Shown here in pieces: positions 36,949 to 53,274 of a stretch of 64,000 bases of DNA (its first letter is position 1; every line of letters starts with the position of its first letter). The notes below the pieces were generated by a model. It ran no database searches, was not told the origin of the DNA, and saw only the letters and a list, made by a program, of their open reading frames with translations. The translations under genes were made by a program, and so were the position numbers. Source of the DNA: Tubulanus polymorphus. Its lineage: Eukaryota > Animalia > Nemertea. The stretch covers positions 3,433,950 through 3,497,949 of the forward strand of contig NC_134026.1 of assembly GCF_964204645.1 (NCBI RefSeq). The letters run 5' to 3'.

Positions 36949-38019
36949 CATAGCATCATTTAAACTAGACGAATGTCCCGAGTTCGAACCCAAAAATTAC
37001 TGCCCCTGATTTCAGTGGTCCTGATGCTGAATAGAGGATAAACAGGGGTGCCCCAGGTTCAATACTTGAGTAGACATATTCTGGGTAAAGGTGACAGACA
37101 CTTCTTCAGTAAACCGGCTCGTCCTTACTAGGATTAACTGAGACCCGCTAGATTGGCACGAGTTGAAGTGAAAATCTGAGTTAGGTTTACTGTAGTTATC
37201 TATCATTACACTTAACGTGTTAGTATATACTGAAAAAATATAATCTGGACTATCTAGTTTAAATGTGCATGGGTAGACCGAGTTCTCCTTACTAAATCAA
37301 TTAAAACAAGCGAGTACAGGTGATTGACTGTAGACAATAGAATTTCAAAGAGTTTGAAAGTGTCTGAGTCAATGTGATACTATACTTGATTAGTGTGATT
37401 CGAGTTAGAAGAGTCGAGTCCACTGTAGAACACAGAAAAACAACACAAACAATTTGTAGTGAACAACTAAACCACGAATAGGTTTTAGTCTTCGTGATAA
37501 ATAGTTCAATATGTATTAATAAGTAAACAAAGAGGTCAACCAACAACCAATAATCAAACACCAATCACAAGCACTTTAAATCAATTAAGTACCACAAAAT
37601 CAATATCTATCAATGTAACAAATAAGACAAGATAAAACTGGTTAAGTACTTTCCACCTCGTTTTACTATTTACACCAAGTTGAGAATACGCTACAGCTCC
37701 TCTACAAATCACCATATCATTTCATAGAAATAAATAAGTTTTACAAAAACAAACGAGTTACGAAGTGTAATTAACAAACACAGACAGAAGTCAACAAGAA
37801 GAAATCAAGGTCAGTCATCATGTCATGTCAAGTTCAAACACACTACGGAACTGACTACTGCATTTCAGTTCCACCTCAAAACAACAGCAACAATTCTTTA
37901 GAAACGATCAAAGATATTCTAACTGGTTTTATTCAAATCAAAGTAAATCTCGAATTGAACACACATATTGATACACAGGGTCAGTTGCACACACATAAGA
38001 ATTCTCAAAGTCTTAACAT

Positions 38020-38732
38020 TCACAAGAATTCTCCAAGTTAAGCAACGCATTAGAGTTCTCCAAGTTAAGCAACGCATTAGAGTTCTCCAAGTTCAAGCAA
38101 AACATTGGAGTTCTCCAAGTTCCAGTAACGCATTAGAGTTCACCAAGTTCCAGCAACGCATTAGAGTTCTCCAAGTTCCAGCAACGCATTAGAGTTCTCC
38201 AAGTTCCAGCAACGCATTAGAGTTCTCCAAGTTCCAGTAACGCATTAGAGTTCTCCAAGTTCCAGCAACGCATTAGAGTTCTCCAAGTTCCAGCAACGCA
38301 TTAGAGTTCACCAAGTTCCAGTAACGCATTAGAGTTCTCCAAGTTCCAGCAACGCATTAGAGTTCTCCAAGTTCCAGTAATGCATTAGAGTTCACCAAGT
38401 TCCAGCAACGCATTAGAGTTCACCAAGTTCCAGCAACGCATTAGAGTTCTCCAAGTTCCAGCAACGCATTAGAGTTCTCCAAGTTCCAGTAATGCATTAG
38501 AGTTCTCCAAGTTCCAGTAACGCATTAGAGTTCACCAAGTTCCAGCAACGCATTAGAGTTCACCAAGTTTCAGTAACGCATTAGAGTTCACCAAGTTCCA
38601 GCAACGCATTAGAGTTCTCCAAGTTCCAGCAACGCATTAGAGTTCTCCAAGTTCCAGCAACGCATTAGAGTTCTCCAAGTTCCAGCAACGCATTAGAGTT
38701 CACCAAGTTCCAGCAACGCATTAGAGTTCTCA
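38020..38732. repeat. 28-bp minisatellite, ~25 copies
   Basis: agagttctccaagttccagcaacgcatt in tandem. Confidence 0.95.
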
Positions 38733-38884
38733 AACGATCAACAGGCGCCCCCTGATTATCAAAGTCAACATCGAGTTAGATTAGATATTTCACACATTTT
38801 CACCTACAAGACAAACAAACAAACATTAAAGGATATTTTCAACAATCAACCAAACATTAAAACATAAGTCGTTTTTCTATTACA

Positions 38885-40200
38885 ACATACCTGATTTATA
38901 GTCTGTTCAGATTCATGACTCATCCATTCTTTCAACTTTGGAAGAATATTCATGTGAATCCCTGAAGGTATTTTTCCATCTTTTAGTAACATAACATCTC
39001 TAGATATTTCCTACTCACAAAACGAAAACTCAAAATATGAATAATTTTGAATAACAGGAGATTTGAAAATTGGTTCATGTAATTTCAAAGTTATACCTGA
39101 TTTAAAGTCAGTTCAGACTAATGACTCGACCTTCCTTTGCAACTGTTAACTTTGTGACTCTACTTTGTTGCTAAGGCAGTTAATTAAGTACAACTGATCT
39201 CAGTGGTGACATTCATCTAACTGATGCCTCGTGATTGTGTTATCTCTGATGACTCAATTCTATGGACCTCTCAATATTTGCTACAAGAAAACACAAAATA
39301 CATATGAATACCGGCAATGTTCAATTTTTGATATTTGAAAATTGATTCATATCATTTTCAATATTATACCTGATTTAAAGTCAGTTCAGACTAATGACTC
39401 GACATTCCTCTGGAACTGTTTACATGTGACTCTTAATTGTTACTTCGTTCCTGACTTAGAGGCAGATATAGCACAGCACCACTGATCTCATCTCACTTGT
39501 GATGCACTTATCTCTCTGGTGACGCCCTGATCTATCCACTTGGAGGGACATAGTTCTGTACTGATCTCACTAGTGATATTCTCATCTATGGTGACACTCA
39601 GTTCTGTGGTTAAACCTCTCAATATTTGCTACAAGAAAACATAAAATATGAATAATTTTAGATTTTGAGACTTTGATTTATAGTCAATTCAATGACTTAT
39701 CCTTCTTCTGGTATTGTATGTCTAATGATTTGCTGCAAGAAAACATGTAACAGACCAGCATAATGTTTGAGACTTTTCCTACAACAAGAGAACCATGTTT
39801 TATGTACCTTGATACATGATTTATAGTCAGTTCAGACTAATGACTCGACGTTCCTCTGGAACTGTCAACCTTCCTTGCGACTTTTGCTGACTTTGACGGA
39901 GATGAATCAGTGCTACTGATCTGAGTGGTGACATTCATCTAACTGATGCCTGGTGATTGTCTCATCTCTAGTGACACTCAGTTCTGTGACCCTTCAATAT
40001 TTGCTACAAGAAAACACAAAATATGAATAATTTTCAATTTTGATACTTTGAAAATTGATTTATACAATTGTAATATCATACCTGATTTAAAGTCAGTTCA
40101 GACAAATGACTCGACATTCCTCTGGAACTGTGAACTTTCCCTGTGACTCTTGTCACTTTGTTCCTGACTTTGAGGGAGATAACTCGGTAAAACTGATCTG
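38885..40200 (-). pseudogene. Array of tandemly duplicated exon-intron units, mostly with stops
   Basis: Repeated ttttcttgtag|caaatattga acceptors and actttaaatcag|gtat donors. The unit at 38891-39010 is an open phase-0 exon, while the central units carry stops. Confidence 0.5.
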
Positions 40201-40719
40201 GCTGATCTGACACTCTAATCTCTCTATAATCACTGCGACTTAATCTTCACTATATTATTTCAGACATTTCACATTTCACATTTCATTTTTTCCATTTTAC
40301 AATTAATCATTAACCTTTAATATTTTTGTCTACAAAATGGGTATCTAAGATTGTAGAATTAATGCTTTTCAATGACAAACACTGAAACATTATCACAAAT
40401 TATATCCACACACAAACAAAGATAAATAGAACTGTACATGCTAATCAAGTTTTTTACCATGCGCATGGACCCGCGGGTGTGCATGTGTATACCCTGAAAA
40501 TACATAAACACAATTTGTGTGTCTTTATGTATTTAGTGCCATTTCATGCAAGTGCGTTAGTGCATGGATGCATCAGTGCAAAGTGAGACGTCAGGTGCTT
40601 AGTGAGGAGACGTCAATTGTTTTCAACGGTGTTTGTGATGATCGATCTTCACTTAATAGGCAAGCAATAGTATCTTTGAATGTAACAATCTTAAAACGCA
40701 ACTCTGTAATGTGATAATA

Positions 40720-43700
40720 AGTTGCTGATACAATATATAAACAGTACCAACACCAGTGAAATTTCAATGAGACAACCACCACAAAGCTTTCGATGGATAG
40801 CTCTCTTTTGAATATCTATACATTTAAATCGTAAAGTCATAATAAGGACGATCAGGAAACAAAACTCACCAAAACTCAATATCACCCCCAAAACAGAGTG
40901 TATCAATTAACACCCAGCAGCAAGCAGCAGTATTAAGGTGGTCATCAGTGATGTAACACACTGACAATTCAGTTTGTTTGTCACGTTTCTACATGACAGT
41001 TGAAGAAGGAAGGAGAAGACTCCTTAACTCAATATCACCCCAAAACAGAGTGTTTTAATTAAAATGCACCAGCAAGCAGCAGTATTGAAGGAGGCCATCA
41101 GTGATGTATCACACTGACAATTCAGTTTGTTTGTCACGTTTCTACATGACAGTTGAAGAAGGAAGGAGAAGACTCCTTAACTCAATATCACCCCAAAACA
41201 GAGTGTTTTAATTAACATGCACCAGCAAGCAGCAGTATTAAAGGAGATAATCAGGTTGGACATCAGACATTTCTACATGACAGTTGTAGAAGGAAGGGGG
41301 AGGCTCCTGAACTCAATATCACCCCGAAAAAAGTGGAATGATTAACATGGAGAAGGAACTTGCCAGCTTTTTAGATGGCCATAATGTGTAATTTGATAAT
41401 GTAATTATGTAACAATTCATGATGTAATAATGTTTAATGTAATAATTTTTATTGTGATAATGTTTAATGTAATAATTCATGAAGGTAAGGGAAGGAGGTA
41501 AGAATTAACACCAAGCAGCAGCGAGCAGTATTAAAGGAGGCCATCAGTGTTGTATCACACTGACAATTCAGTTTGTTTGTCACATTTCTACGTGACAGTT
41601 GACGAAGGAAGGAGGAGACTCCTGAACTCAATATCATCCCAAAACAGAGTGTATTAAATAACACCCAGCAGCAAGCAGCAGTATTAAAGGAGGTCATCAG
41701 GTAAGACACCAGGAGGACAATCCAGTTTGTTTGTCACATTTCTACATGACAGTGTTGAAGAAGGAGGAGACTCCTGAACTCAATATCACCCCAAAATAGA
41801 GTGTATCAGTGTTTTGTAACACTTAACTTTCATCACAACCAATTGATTTAGCAGTAATTCATCCACAGTGTTGTGTAACACTTAACTTTCATCACCACCA
41901 ATTGGTTTAGCAGTAATTAAACCACAGTGTTTTTGAACACTAAACAAGGAATTTCAATGATACAACCACCACAAAACGATGGATAGCTGCTTTGAATATT
42001 TATACATTTAAAACGTTAAGTCGCAATGAGGGCGATCAGGAAACATTACAATCCCAATTCACCGACATACATTACAATATATACACAAAACCAACACCTG
42101 CAGCATTTCAATGATACAACCACCACAAAGCTATCGATGGATAGCTCCTTTGAATATCTATACATTTAAAACGTTAAGTCGCAATAATGACAATCAGGAA
42201 ATATAACAATCAATCCCAATTCATCGACATATTTTACAATATATACACAAAACCAACACCAGCGACATTTCAATGATACAACCACCACAAAGCTATCGAT
42301 GGATAGCTCCTTTGAATATTTATACATTAAAAACGTTAAGTCGCAATAAGGACGATCAGGAAACATAGCAATCAATCCCAATTCACCGACATATTTTACA
42401 ATATATACACAAAACCAACACCAGCGACATTTCAATGATACAACCACCAATAAGCTATCGATGGATAGCTCCTTTGAATATTTATACATTTAAAACGTTG
42501 AGTCGCAATAAGGACGATCAGGAAACATAACAATCAATCCCAATTCACTGGCATATATTACAATATATACAAAGAACCAACACCAGCGACATTTCGATGA
42601 TACAACCACCACAAAGCTATCGATGGATAGCACCTTTGAATATTTATACATTTAAAACGTTAGGTCGCAAAACTGAGTGTTTTAATGAACATGCACCAGC
42701 AAGCAGCAGTATTAAAGGCCCTCAGTGATGTAACGCACTGACAATTCAGTTCGCTTGTCACGTTTCTACACGACAGTTGAAGAAGGAAGGAGGAGACTCC
42801 TGAACTCAATATCACCCCAAAACAGAGCGTTTTAATTTACACGCACCAGCAAGCAGCAGTATTCAAGGAGGTCATCAGTGATGTAACGCACTGACAGTTC
42901 AGTTTGTTTGTCATGTTTCTACATGACAGTTGAAGAAGGAAGGAGAAGACTCCTGAACTCAATATCAACCCAAACAACACCACCAGCAAGCAGCAGTATT
43001 AAAGGAGGTAATCAGTGTCGTAACACACTGTCAATTCAGTTTGTTTGTCATCTTTCTACGTGACAGTTGAAGAAGGAAGGAGAAGACTCCTGAACTCAAT
43101 ATCACCCCAAAACAGAGCGTTTTAATTTTCGCCCAGCATCAAGCAGCAGTATTAAAGGAGGTAATCAGTGTTGTAACACACTGACGATTCAGTTTGTTTG
43201 TCACGTTTCTACATGATGGTCGAAGAAGGAAGGAGGATACTCCTGAACTCAATATCACCCCTAAAAAAGTGGAATGATTAACATGGAGAAGGAACTTGCC
43301 AGCTTTTTAGATGGCCATAATGTGTAATTTGATAATGTAATTATGTAACAATTCATGATGTAATAATGTTTAATGTAATAATTTTCATTGTGATAATGTT
43401 TAATGTAATAATTCAAGAAGGTAAGGGAAGAAGGTAAGAATTACCACCCAGCAGCAACAAGCAGCATTAAAGGAGGCCATCAGTGTTGTATCACACTGAC
43501 AATTCAGTTTGTCACATTTCTACGTGACACTTGAAGAAGGAAGGAGGAGACTCCTGAACTCAATATCATCCCAAAACAGTGTGTATTAAATAACACCCAG
43601 CAGCAAGCATCAGTATTAAAGGAGGTCATCAGGTAAGACACCAGGAGGACAATTCAGTTTGTCACATTTCTACATGACAGTTGAAGAAGGAAGGAGGAGA

Positions 43701-46700
43701 CTCCTGATCTCAATATCACCCCAAAACAGAGTGTATCAGTGTTGTGTAACACTTAACTTCATCACCACCAATTTAGCAGTATTTCACCCACAGTGTTTTT
43801 GACACTAAACAAGGAATTTCAATGATACAACCACCACAAAGCTATCGATGGATAGCTGCTTTGAATATTTATACATTTAAAACGTTAAGTCGCAATGAGG
43901 ACGATCAGGAAACATTACAATCCCAATTCACCAACATATATTACAATATATACACAAAACCAACACCTGCAGCATTTCAATGATACAACCACCACAAAGC
44001 TATCGATGGATAGCTGCTTTGAATATTTATACATTTAAAACGTTAAGTCGCAATGAGGGCGATCAGGAAACATTACAATCCCAATTCACCGACATATTTT
44101 ACAATATATACACAAAATCAACACCAGCGACATTTCAATGATACAACCACCACAAAGCTATCGAATGGATAGCTCCTTTGAATATTTATACATTTAAAAC
44201 GTTAAGTCGCAATAAGGATGATCAGGAAACATAACAATCAATCCCAATTCACTGGCATATACTACAATATATACAAAAAACCAACACCAGCGATATTCCA
44301 ATGATACAACCACCACAAAGCTATCGATGGATAGCTCCTTTGAATATTTATACATTTAAAACGTTAAGTCGCAATAAGGATGATCAGGAAACATAACAAT
44401 CAATCCCAATTCACTGGCATATATTACAATATATACACAGAACCAACACCAGCGACATTTCAATGATACAACCACCACAAAGCTATCGATGGATAGCTCC
44501 TTTGAATATTTATACATTTAAAACGTTAAGTGGCAATAAGGATGAACAGGAAACATAACAATCAATCCCAATTCACTGGCATATATTACAATATATACAC
44601 AGAACCAACACCAGCGACATTTCAATGATACAACCACCACTAAGCTATCGGTGGATAGCACCTTTGAATATCTATACATTTAAAACGTTAAGTCGCAAAA
44701 CTGAGTGTTTTAATGAACATGCACCAGCAAGCAGCAGTATTAAAGGCCCTCAGTGATGTAACGCACTGACAATTCAGTTCGCTTGTCACGTTTCTACATG
44801 ACAGTTGAAGAAGGAAGGAGAAGACTCCTGAACTCAATATCACCCCAAAACAGAGCGTTTTAATCTACACGCACCAGCAAGCAGCAGTATTAAAGGAGGT
44901 CATCAGTGATGTAACGCACTGACAATTCAGTTTGTCTGTCACATTTCTACGTGACAGTTGGAGAAGGAAGGAGAAGACTCCTGAACTCAATATCACCCCA
45001 AAACAGAGCGTTTTAATTTTCACCCAGCATCAAGCAGCAGTATTCAAGGAAGTCATCAGTGATGTAACACACTGACAATTCAGTTTGTCTGTCACATTTC
45101 TACGTGACAGTTGGAGAAGGAAGGAGAAGACTCCTGAGCTCAATACCACCCCAAAACAGAGTGTTTTAATTAACATGCACCAGCAGGCAGCAGTATTAAA
45201 GGAGGTCATCAGTGATGTAACACACTGACAATTCAGTTTGTCTGTCACGTTTCTACGTGACAGTTGGAGAAGGAAGGAGAAGACTCCTGAGCTCAATATC
45301 ACCCCAAAACAGAGCGTTTTAATTTTCGCCCAGCATCAAGCAGCATTATTAAAGGAGGTAATCAGTGTTGTAACACACTGACAATTCAGTTTGTTTGTCA
45401 CGTTTCTACGTGACAGTTGGAGAAGGAAGGAGAAGACTCCTGAACTCAATATCACCCCAAAACAGAGCGTTTTAATTTTCGCCCAGCATCAAGCAGCAGT
45501 ATTCAAGGTCATCAGTGATGTAACACACTGACAATTCAGTTTGTTTGTCACGTTTCTATGTGACAGTTGAAGAAGGAAGGAGAAGATTCCTGAACTCAAT
45601 ATCACCCCAAAACTGAGCGTTTTAATTTTCGCCCAGCATCAAGCAGCAGTATTCAAGGAGGTAATCAGTGTTGTAACACACTGACAATTCAGTTTGTTTG
45701 TCACGTTTCTACGTGACAGTTGGAGAAGGAAGGAGAAGACTCCTGAACTCAATATCACCCCAAAACAGAGCGTTTTAATTTTCGCCCAGCATCAAGCAGC
45801 AGTTTTCAAGGAGGTAATCAGTGTTGTAACACACTGACAATTCAGTTTGTTTGTCACGTTTCTACGTGACAATTGGAGAAGGAAGGAGAAGACTCCTGAA
45901 CTCAATATCACCCCAAAACAGAGCGCTTTAATTTACACCCAGCAGCAAGCAGCAGTATTGAAGCAGGTCATCAGTGTTGTAACACACTGACAATGCAGTT
46001 TGTTTGTCACGTTTCTACATGACAGTTGAAGGAAGGAGGAGACTCCTGAACTCAATATATCACCCCAAAACAGAGTGTTTTAATTAACATGCACCAGCAA
46101 GCAGCAGTATTAAAGGAGATCATCAGGTTGGACATCAGAGGGACAATTCAGTTTGTTTGTCACATTTCTAAATGATGGTTGAAGAAGGAAGGAGGAGACT
46201 CCTGAACTCAATATATCACCCCAAAACAGAGTGTTTTAATTAACATGCACCAACAAGCAGCAGTATTAAAGGAGAACATCAGGTTGGACATCAGGAGGAC
46301 AATTCAGTTTGTTTGTCACATTTCTACATGATGGTTGAAGAAGGAAGGAGGATACTCCTGAACTCAATATCGCCCCTAAAAAGTGGAATGATTAACATGG
46401 AGAAGGAACTTGCCAGCTTTTTAGATGGCCATAATGTGTAATTTGATAATGCAATTATGTAACAATTCATGATGTAATAATGTTTAATGTAATAATTTTT
46501 ATTGTGATAATGTTTAATGTAATAATTCAAGAAGGTAAGGGAAGGAGGTAAGAATTAACACCCAGCAGCAGCGAGCAGTATTAAAGGAGGCCATCAGTGT
46601 TGTATGACACTGACAATTCAGTTTGTCACGTTTCTACGTGACAACTGACGAAGGAAGGAGGAGACTCCTGAACTCAATATCATCCCGAAACAGAGTGTAT

Positions 46701-49700
46701 TAAATAACACCCAGCAGCAAGCAGCAGTATTAAAGGAGATCATCAGGTTGGACATCAGGAGGACAATTCAGTTTGTTTGTCACATTTCTACATGACAGTT
46801 GAAGAAGGAAGGAGGAGACTCCTGAACTCAATATCACCCCTAAAAAAGTGGAATGATTAACATGGAGAAGGAACTTGCCAGCTTTTTAGATGGCCATAAT
46901 GTGTAATTTGATAATGTAATTATGTAACAATTCATGATGTAATAATGTTTAATGTAATAATTTTTATTGTGATAATGTTTAATGTAATAATTCAAGAAGG
47001 TAAGGATTAACACCCTGCAGCAACGAGCAGTATTTAAGGAGGCCATCAGTGTTGTATCACACTGACAATTCAGTTTGTCACGTTTCTACGTGACAGTTGA
47101 AGAAGGAAGGAGGAGACTCCTGAACTCAATATCATCCCAAAACAGAGTGTATTAAATAACACCCAGCAGCAAGCAGCAGTATTAAAGGACGTCATCAGGT
47201 AAGACACCAGGAGGACAATTCAGTTTGTCACATTTCTACATGACAGTTGAAGAAGGAAGGAGGAGACTCCTGATCTCAATATCACCCCAAAACAGAGTGT
47301 ATCAGTGTTTTGTAACACTTAACTTTCATCACCACCAAATGATTTAGCAGTAATTCACCCACAGTGTTGTGTAACACTTAACTTTCATCACCACCAATTT
47401 AGCAGTATTTCACCCACAGTGTTTTTGACACTAAACAAGGAATTTCAATGATACAACCACCACAAAGCTATCGATGGATAGCTGCTTTGAATATTTATAC
47501 ATTTAAAACGTTAAGTCGCAATGAGGACGATCAGGAAACATTACAATCCCAATTCACCAACATATATTACAATATATACACAAAACCAACACCTGCAGCA
47601 TTTCAATGATACAACCACCACAAAGCTATCGATGGATAGCTCCTTTGAATATTTATACATTAAAAACGTTAAGTCGCAATAAGGACGATCAGGAAACATA
47701 ACAATCAATCCCAATTCACTGGCATATATTACAATATATACACAGAACCAACACCAGCGACATTTCAATGATACAACCTCCACAAAGCTATCGATGGATA
47801 GCTCCTTTGAATATTTATACATTAAAAACGTTAAGTCGCAATAAGGATGATCAGGAAACATAACAATCAATCCCAATTCACTGGCATATATTACAATATA
47901 TACAAAAAACCAACACCAGCGATATTCCAATGATACAACCACCACAAAGCTATCGATGGATAGCTCCTTTGAATATTTATACATTTAAAACGTTAAGTCG
48001 CAATAAGGACGATCAGGAAACATAACAATCAATCCCAATTCACTGGCATATATTACAATATATACACAGAACCAACACCAGCAACATTTCAATGATACAA
48101 CCACCACAAAGCTATCGATGGATAGCTCCTTTGAATATTTATACATTTAAAACGTTAAGTCGCAATAAGGACGATCAGGAAACATAACAATCAATCCCAA
48201 TTCACTGGCATATATTACAATATATACACAGAACCAACACCAGCGACATTTCAATGATACAACCACCACTAAGCTATCGGTGGATAGCACCTTTGAATAT
48301 CTATACATTTAAAACGTTAAGTCGCAAAACTGAGTGTTTTAATTAACATGCACCAGCAAGCAGCAGTATTAAAGGCCCTCAGTGATGTAACGCACTGACA
48401 ATTCAGTTCGCTTGTCACGTTTCTACATGACAGTTGAAGAAGGAAGGAGGAGACTCCTGAACTCAATATCACCCCAAAACAGAGCGTTTTAATTTACACG
48501 CACCAGCAAGCAGCAGTATTAAAGGAGGTCATCAGTGATGTAACGCACTGACAGTTCAGTTTGTTTGTCATGTTTCTACATGACAGTTGAAGAACGAAGG
48601 AGAAGACTCCTGAACTCAATATCACCCCAAAACAGAGCTTTTTAATTTACACGCTCCAGCAAGCAGCAGTATTCAAGGAGGTCATCAGTGATGTAACACA
48701 CTGACAATTCAGTTTGTCTTTCACGTTTCTACGTGACAGTTGGAGAAGGAAGGAGAAGACATCTGAGCTCAATATCACCCCAAAACAGAGCGTTTTAATT
48801 TTCGCCCAGCATCAAGCAGCATTATTAAAGGAGGTAATCAGTGTTGTAACACACTGACAATTCAGTTTGTTTGTCACGTTTCTACGTGACAGTTGGAGAA
48901 GGAAGGAGAAGTCTCCTGAACTCAATATCACCCAAAAACAGAGCGTTTTAATTTTCGCCAAGCATCAAGCAGCAGTATTCAAGGTCATCAGTGATGTAAC
49001 ACACTGACAATTCAGTTTGTTTGTCACGTTTCTATGTGACAGTTGAAGAAGGAAGGAGGAGACTCCTGAACTCAATATCACCCCAAAACAGAGGGTTTTA
49101 ATTAACATGCACCAACAAGCAGCAGTATTAAAGGAGAACATCAGGTTGGACATCAGGAGGACAATTCAGTTTGTTTGTCACATTTCTACATGATGGTTGA
49201 AGAAGGAAGGAGGAGACTCCTGAACTCAATATCACCCCAAAACAGAGGGTTTTAATTAACATGCACCAACAAGCAGCAGTATTAAAGGAGAACATCAGGT
49301 TGGACATCAGGAGGACAATTCAGTTTGTTTGTCACATTTCTACATGACAGTGTTGAAGAAGGAAGGAGGATACTCCTGAACTCAATATCACCCCTAAAAA
49401 AGTGGAATGATTAACATGGAGAAGGAACTTGCCAGCTTTTTAGATGGCCATAATGTGTAATTTGATAATGTAATTATGTAACAATTCATGATGTAATAAT
49501 GTTTAATGTAGTAATTTTTATTTTGATAATGTTTAATGTAATAATTCAAGAAGGTAAGGGAAGGAGGTAAGAATTAACACCCAGCAGCAGCGAGCAGTAT
49601 TAAAGGAGGCCATCAGTGTTGTATCACACTGACAATTCAGTTTGTTTGTCACGTTTCTACGTGACATTTGAAGAAGGAAGGAGAAGGCTCCTGAACTCAA

Positions 49701-49880
49701 TATCACCCCTAAACAGAGTGTATTAAATAACACCCAGCAGCAAGCAGCAGTATTAAAGGAGGTCATCAGGTAAGACACCAGGAGGACAATTCAGTTTGTT
49801 TGTCACATTTCTACATGACAGTGTTGAAGAAGGAAGGAGACTCCTGAACTCAATATCACCCGAAAACAGAGTGTATCAGT
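40720..49880. repeat. Composite SatA/SatB field, copy 2
   Basis: Same two units as 430-8795. SatB blocks at ~41950-42670, 43810-44700 and 47440-48330, with a recurring spacer aagtggaatgattaacatggagaagg. Confidence 0.95.
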
Positions 49881-49904
49881 GTTTTGTAAAAAGTTAACTT
49901 TCAT

Positions 49905-50300
49905 AAAGTGGCAGCAATCAGAGTTTTAAGGCACTGACGATTAACGTCAATGACAATGCAAATTGGAAATTCATTTCAGCAGTAATCAGCAGTATTTGGA
50001 AGTGGCAGCAATCAATGCTTTAGGTCACTGGCAAGTAACGTCGATGATGATGCGAATTGGAAATTCATTTCAGCAGTAATCAGCAGTATTTGGAAGTGGC
50101 AGCAATCAATGTTTTAGGTCACTGGCAACTAACGTCGATGATGATGCGAATTGGAAATTAATTTCAGCAGTAATCAGCAGTATTTGGAAGTGGCAGCAAT
50201 CAATGTCTTAAGTCACTGACGATTAACGTCAATGACAATGTGAATTGGAATTAATTTCAGCAGTAATCAGCAGTATTTGGAAGTGGCAGCAATCAGTGTT
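49905..50300. repeat. 94-bp tandem repeat, ~4 copies
   Basis: aagtggcagcaatca at 49906, 50000, 50094, 50188, 50281. Confidence 0.9.
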
Positions 50301-51089
50301 TTGAGTCTCTTGTACTCGAAATTTCAAGAACGAGTAGATAGGAGATCCCAAATCTCAACATCATCCCTAGGATGGAGGAGGAGGGGGAGAAAATTTATAA
50401 TTCTTTTAGTATACCTTATTATTTCATACCTATTATTCATTCAAAATATCTATCAAAAGAGTGAAGAAGGTCATATCAACTAGCCAGTATCTATTGAACA
50501 CTGACATTTATCATATCCCTAAAAGCAGAGGAGAGGAGATAAAACGTACCATCAAATCAGTATGTGTATCACTGTTTCAGTATATGTATCACTGTTTCAG
50601 TATATGTATCACTGTTTCAGTACATGTATGTATCAATGTTTCAAGATGGCTGAACTCCACAGCAGCTATCAGCATTATTCAGTGAAGTTGATAAGTTGAC
50701 GTAGAAGCAACTACCATACAGCAATAATCAAGGAGAAATATTATTTCAAACAAATTATAATTATTTTGCTAAGCCTATTATTACTCTATACCTATTATCA
50801 TTTCATACCTATTATTATTTAATATATTATTCTATATCTATCATTATTTCATATCTATTATTATCTTATACCTATTTCAAATATCAAAGAGCGAAGAAGG
50901 TCACATCAACAAGCCAGTATCATAGTTATTGAACAGTGACATCACCCCTAGGAAGGGGAGGTAGAACAAGCCACCATATCAGTATACATATCAATGTTTC
51001 AGTGCACATGTATCAATGTTTCAAGATAGCTGAACTTAACAGCAATTTACATAGCGTTCCGGTACAACACCATGTACTACAACACTATG

Positions 51090-51765
51090 TTTAGTCTTAG
51101 TAGTCTAACATTTAGACCTATCCCGCAAGCAGTCTTAGTAGATTTACACTTAGACCTATCCGCAAGTAGTCTTAGTAGTCTTACACTTAGACCTATCCTA
51201 CAAGCAGTCTTAGCAGTCTTACACTTAGACCTATCCCGCAAGCAGTCTTAGTAGTCTTACACTTAGACCTATCGTACAAGCAGTCTTAGCAGTCTTACAC
51301 TTAGACCTATCCCGCAAGCAGTCTTAGTAGTCTTACACTTAGACCTATCGTACAAGCAGTCTTAGTAGTCTTACACTTAGACCTATCCCGCAAGTAGTCT
51401 TAGTAGTCTTACACTTAGACCTATTCCGCAAGCAGTCTTAGTAGTCTTACACTTAGACCTATTCCGCAAGCAGTCTTAGTAGTCTTACTCTTAGACCTAT
51501 CCCGCAAGCAGTCTTAGTAGTCTTACACTTAGACCCTATCCCACAAGCAGTCTTAGTAGTCTTACACTTAGACCTATCCCGCAAGCAGTCTTAGAAGTCT
51601 TACACTTAGACCTATCCCGCAAGCAGTCTTAGTAGTCTTACACTTAGACCTATCATACAAGCAGTCTTAGAAGTCTTACACTTAGACCTATCCTACAAGC
51701 AGTCTTAGAAGTCTTACACTTAGACCTATCCCATAAGCAGTCTTACACTTAGACCTATCCTATAA
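51090..51765. repeat. 38-bp minisatellite, ~17 copies
   Basis: gtagtcttacacttagacctatcccgcaagcagtctta in tandem. Confidence 0.95.
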
Positions 51766-51915
51766 GAAAGACTCTTAGGCTTAAATACTTTGATAGTTGC
51801 TCAAGGAAAGGGTATTCTTATCAGTGTCTCTTAAGACAAATCCACGAGAGGTAACTTATACTGTATCTAATGGAAATCTTCTTAACTGCTGTTCAGTATA
51901 AATTCGGTATTGCCA

Positions 51916-52734
<819 letters not shown>

Positions 52735-53274
52735 CAGTTTAACGTCGTACCACAGGACAATTTTAAAACACTGGTAAAAGTATAAAGCCAAGATTGAATG
52801 AATTCTTCTTATGGTTGTATTAAAAAAATTGTAATAAAGCTATTTATGAAAATGTGGACTAAACTGTATTAAAAATCTGGGCTAAAATAGCTTAAAATGT
52901 ACAAATAAAAACCAACGACTATTTACAATTTTACAATATGTACAAGTAGTGTTAGTACAGATAAAATGTGTCAATTTGATGAAATATCTAAATTTCTAGT
53001 TTTCATCATTATTTACCTAAAATAATAAAAGCCCAAGTGAGTTTAGAATAACTGTGCCAGGCCAATCACTCACTCGATGATCATCAATTACTGGTACTAC
53101 ACAATCACAGAAAGAGTGGTTTTTACCGCGCGGTATATAAGGCCAGGTGCACCTCCCAATGATAATGCCAACTATAATGTTTGGCTTCTTGTGTGTTGAT
53201 ATGTACATTGATATTTATTGAATGAGAAAGCTGCAGGTAGTAGAGAAGAGCGATAGAAAAAAAATTGTATGCAC

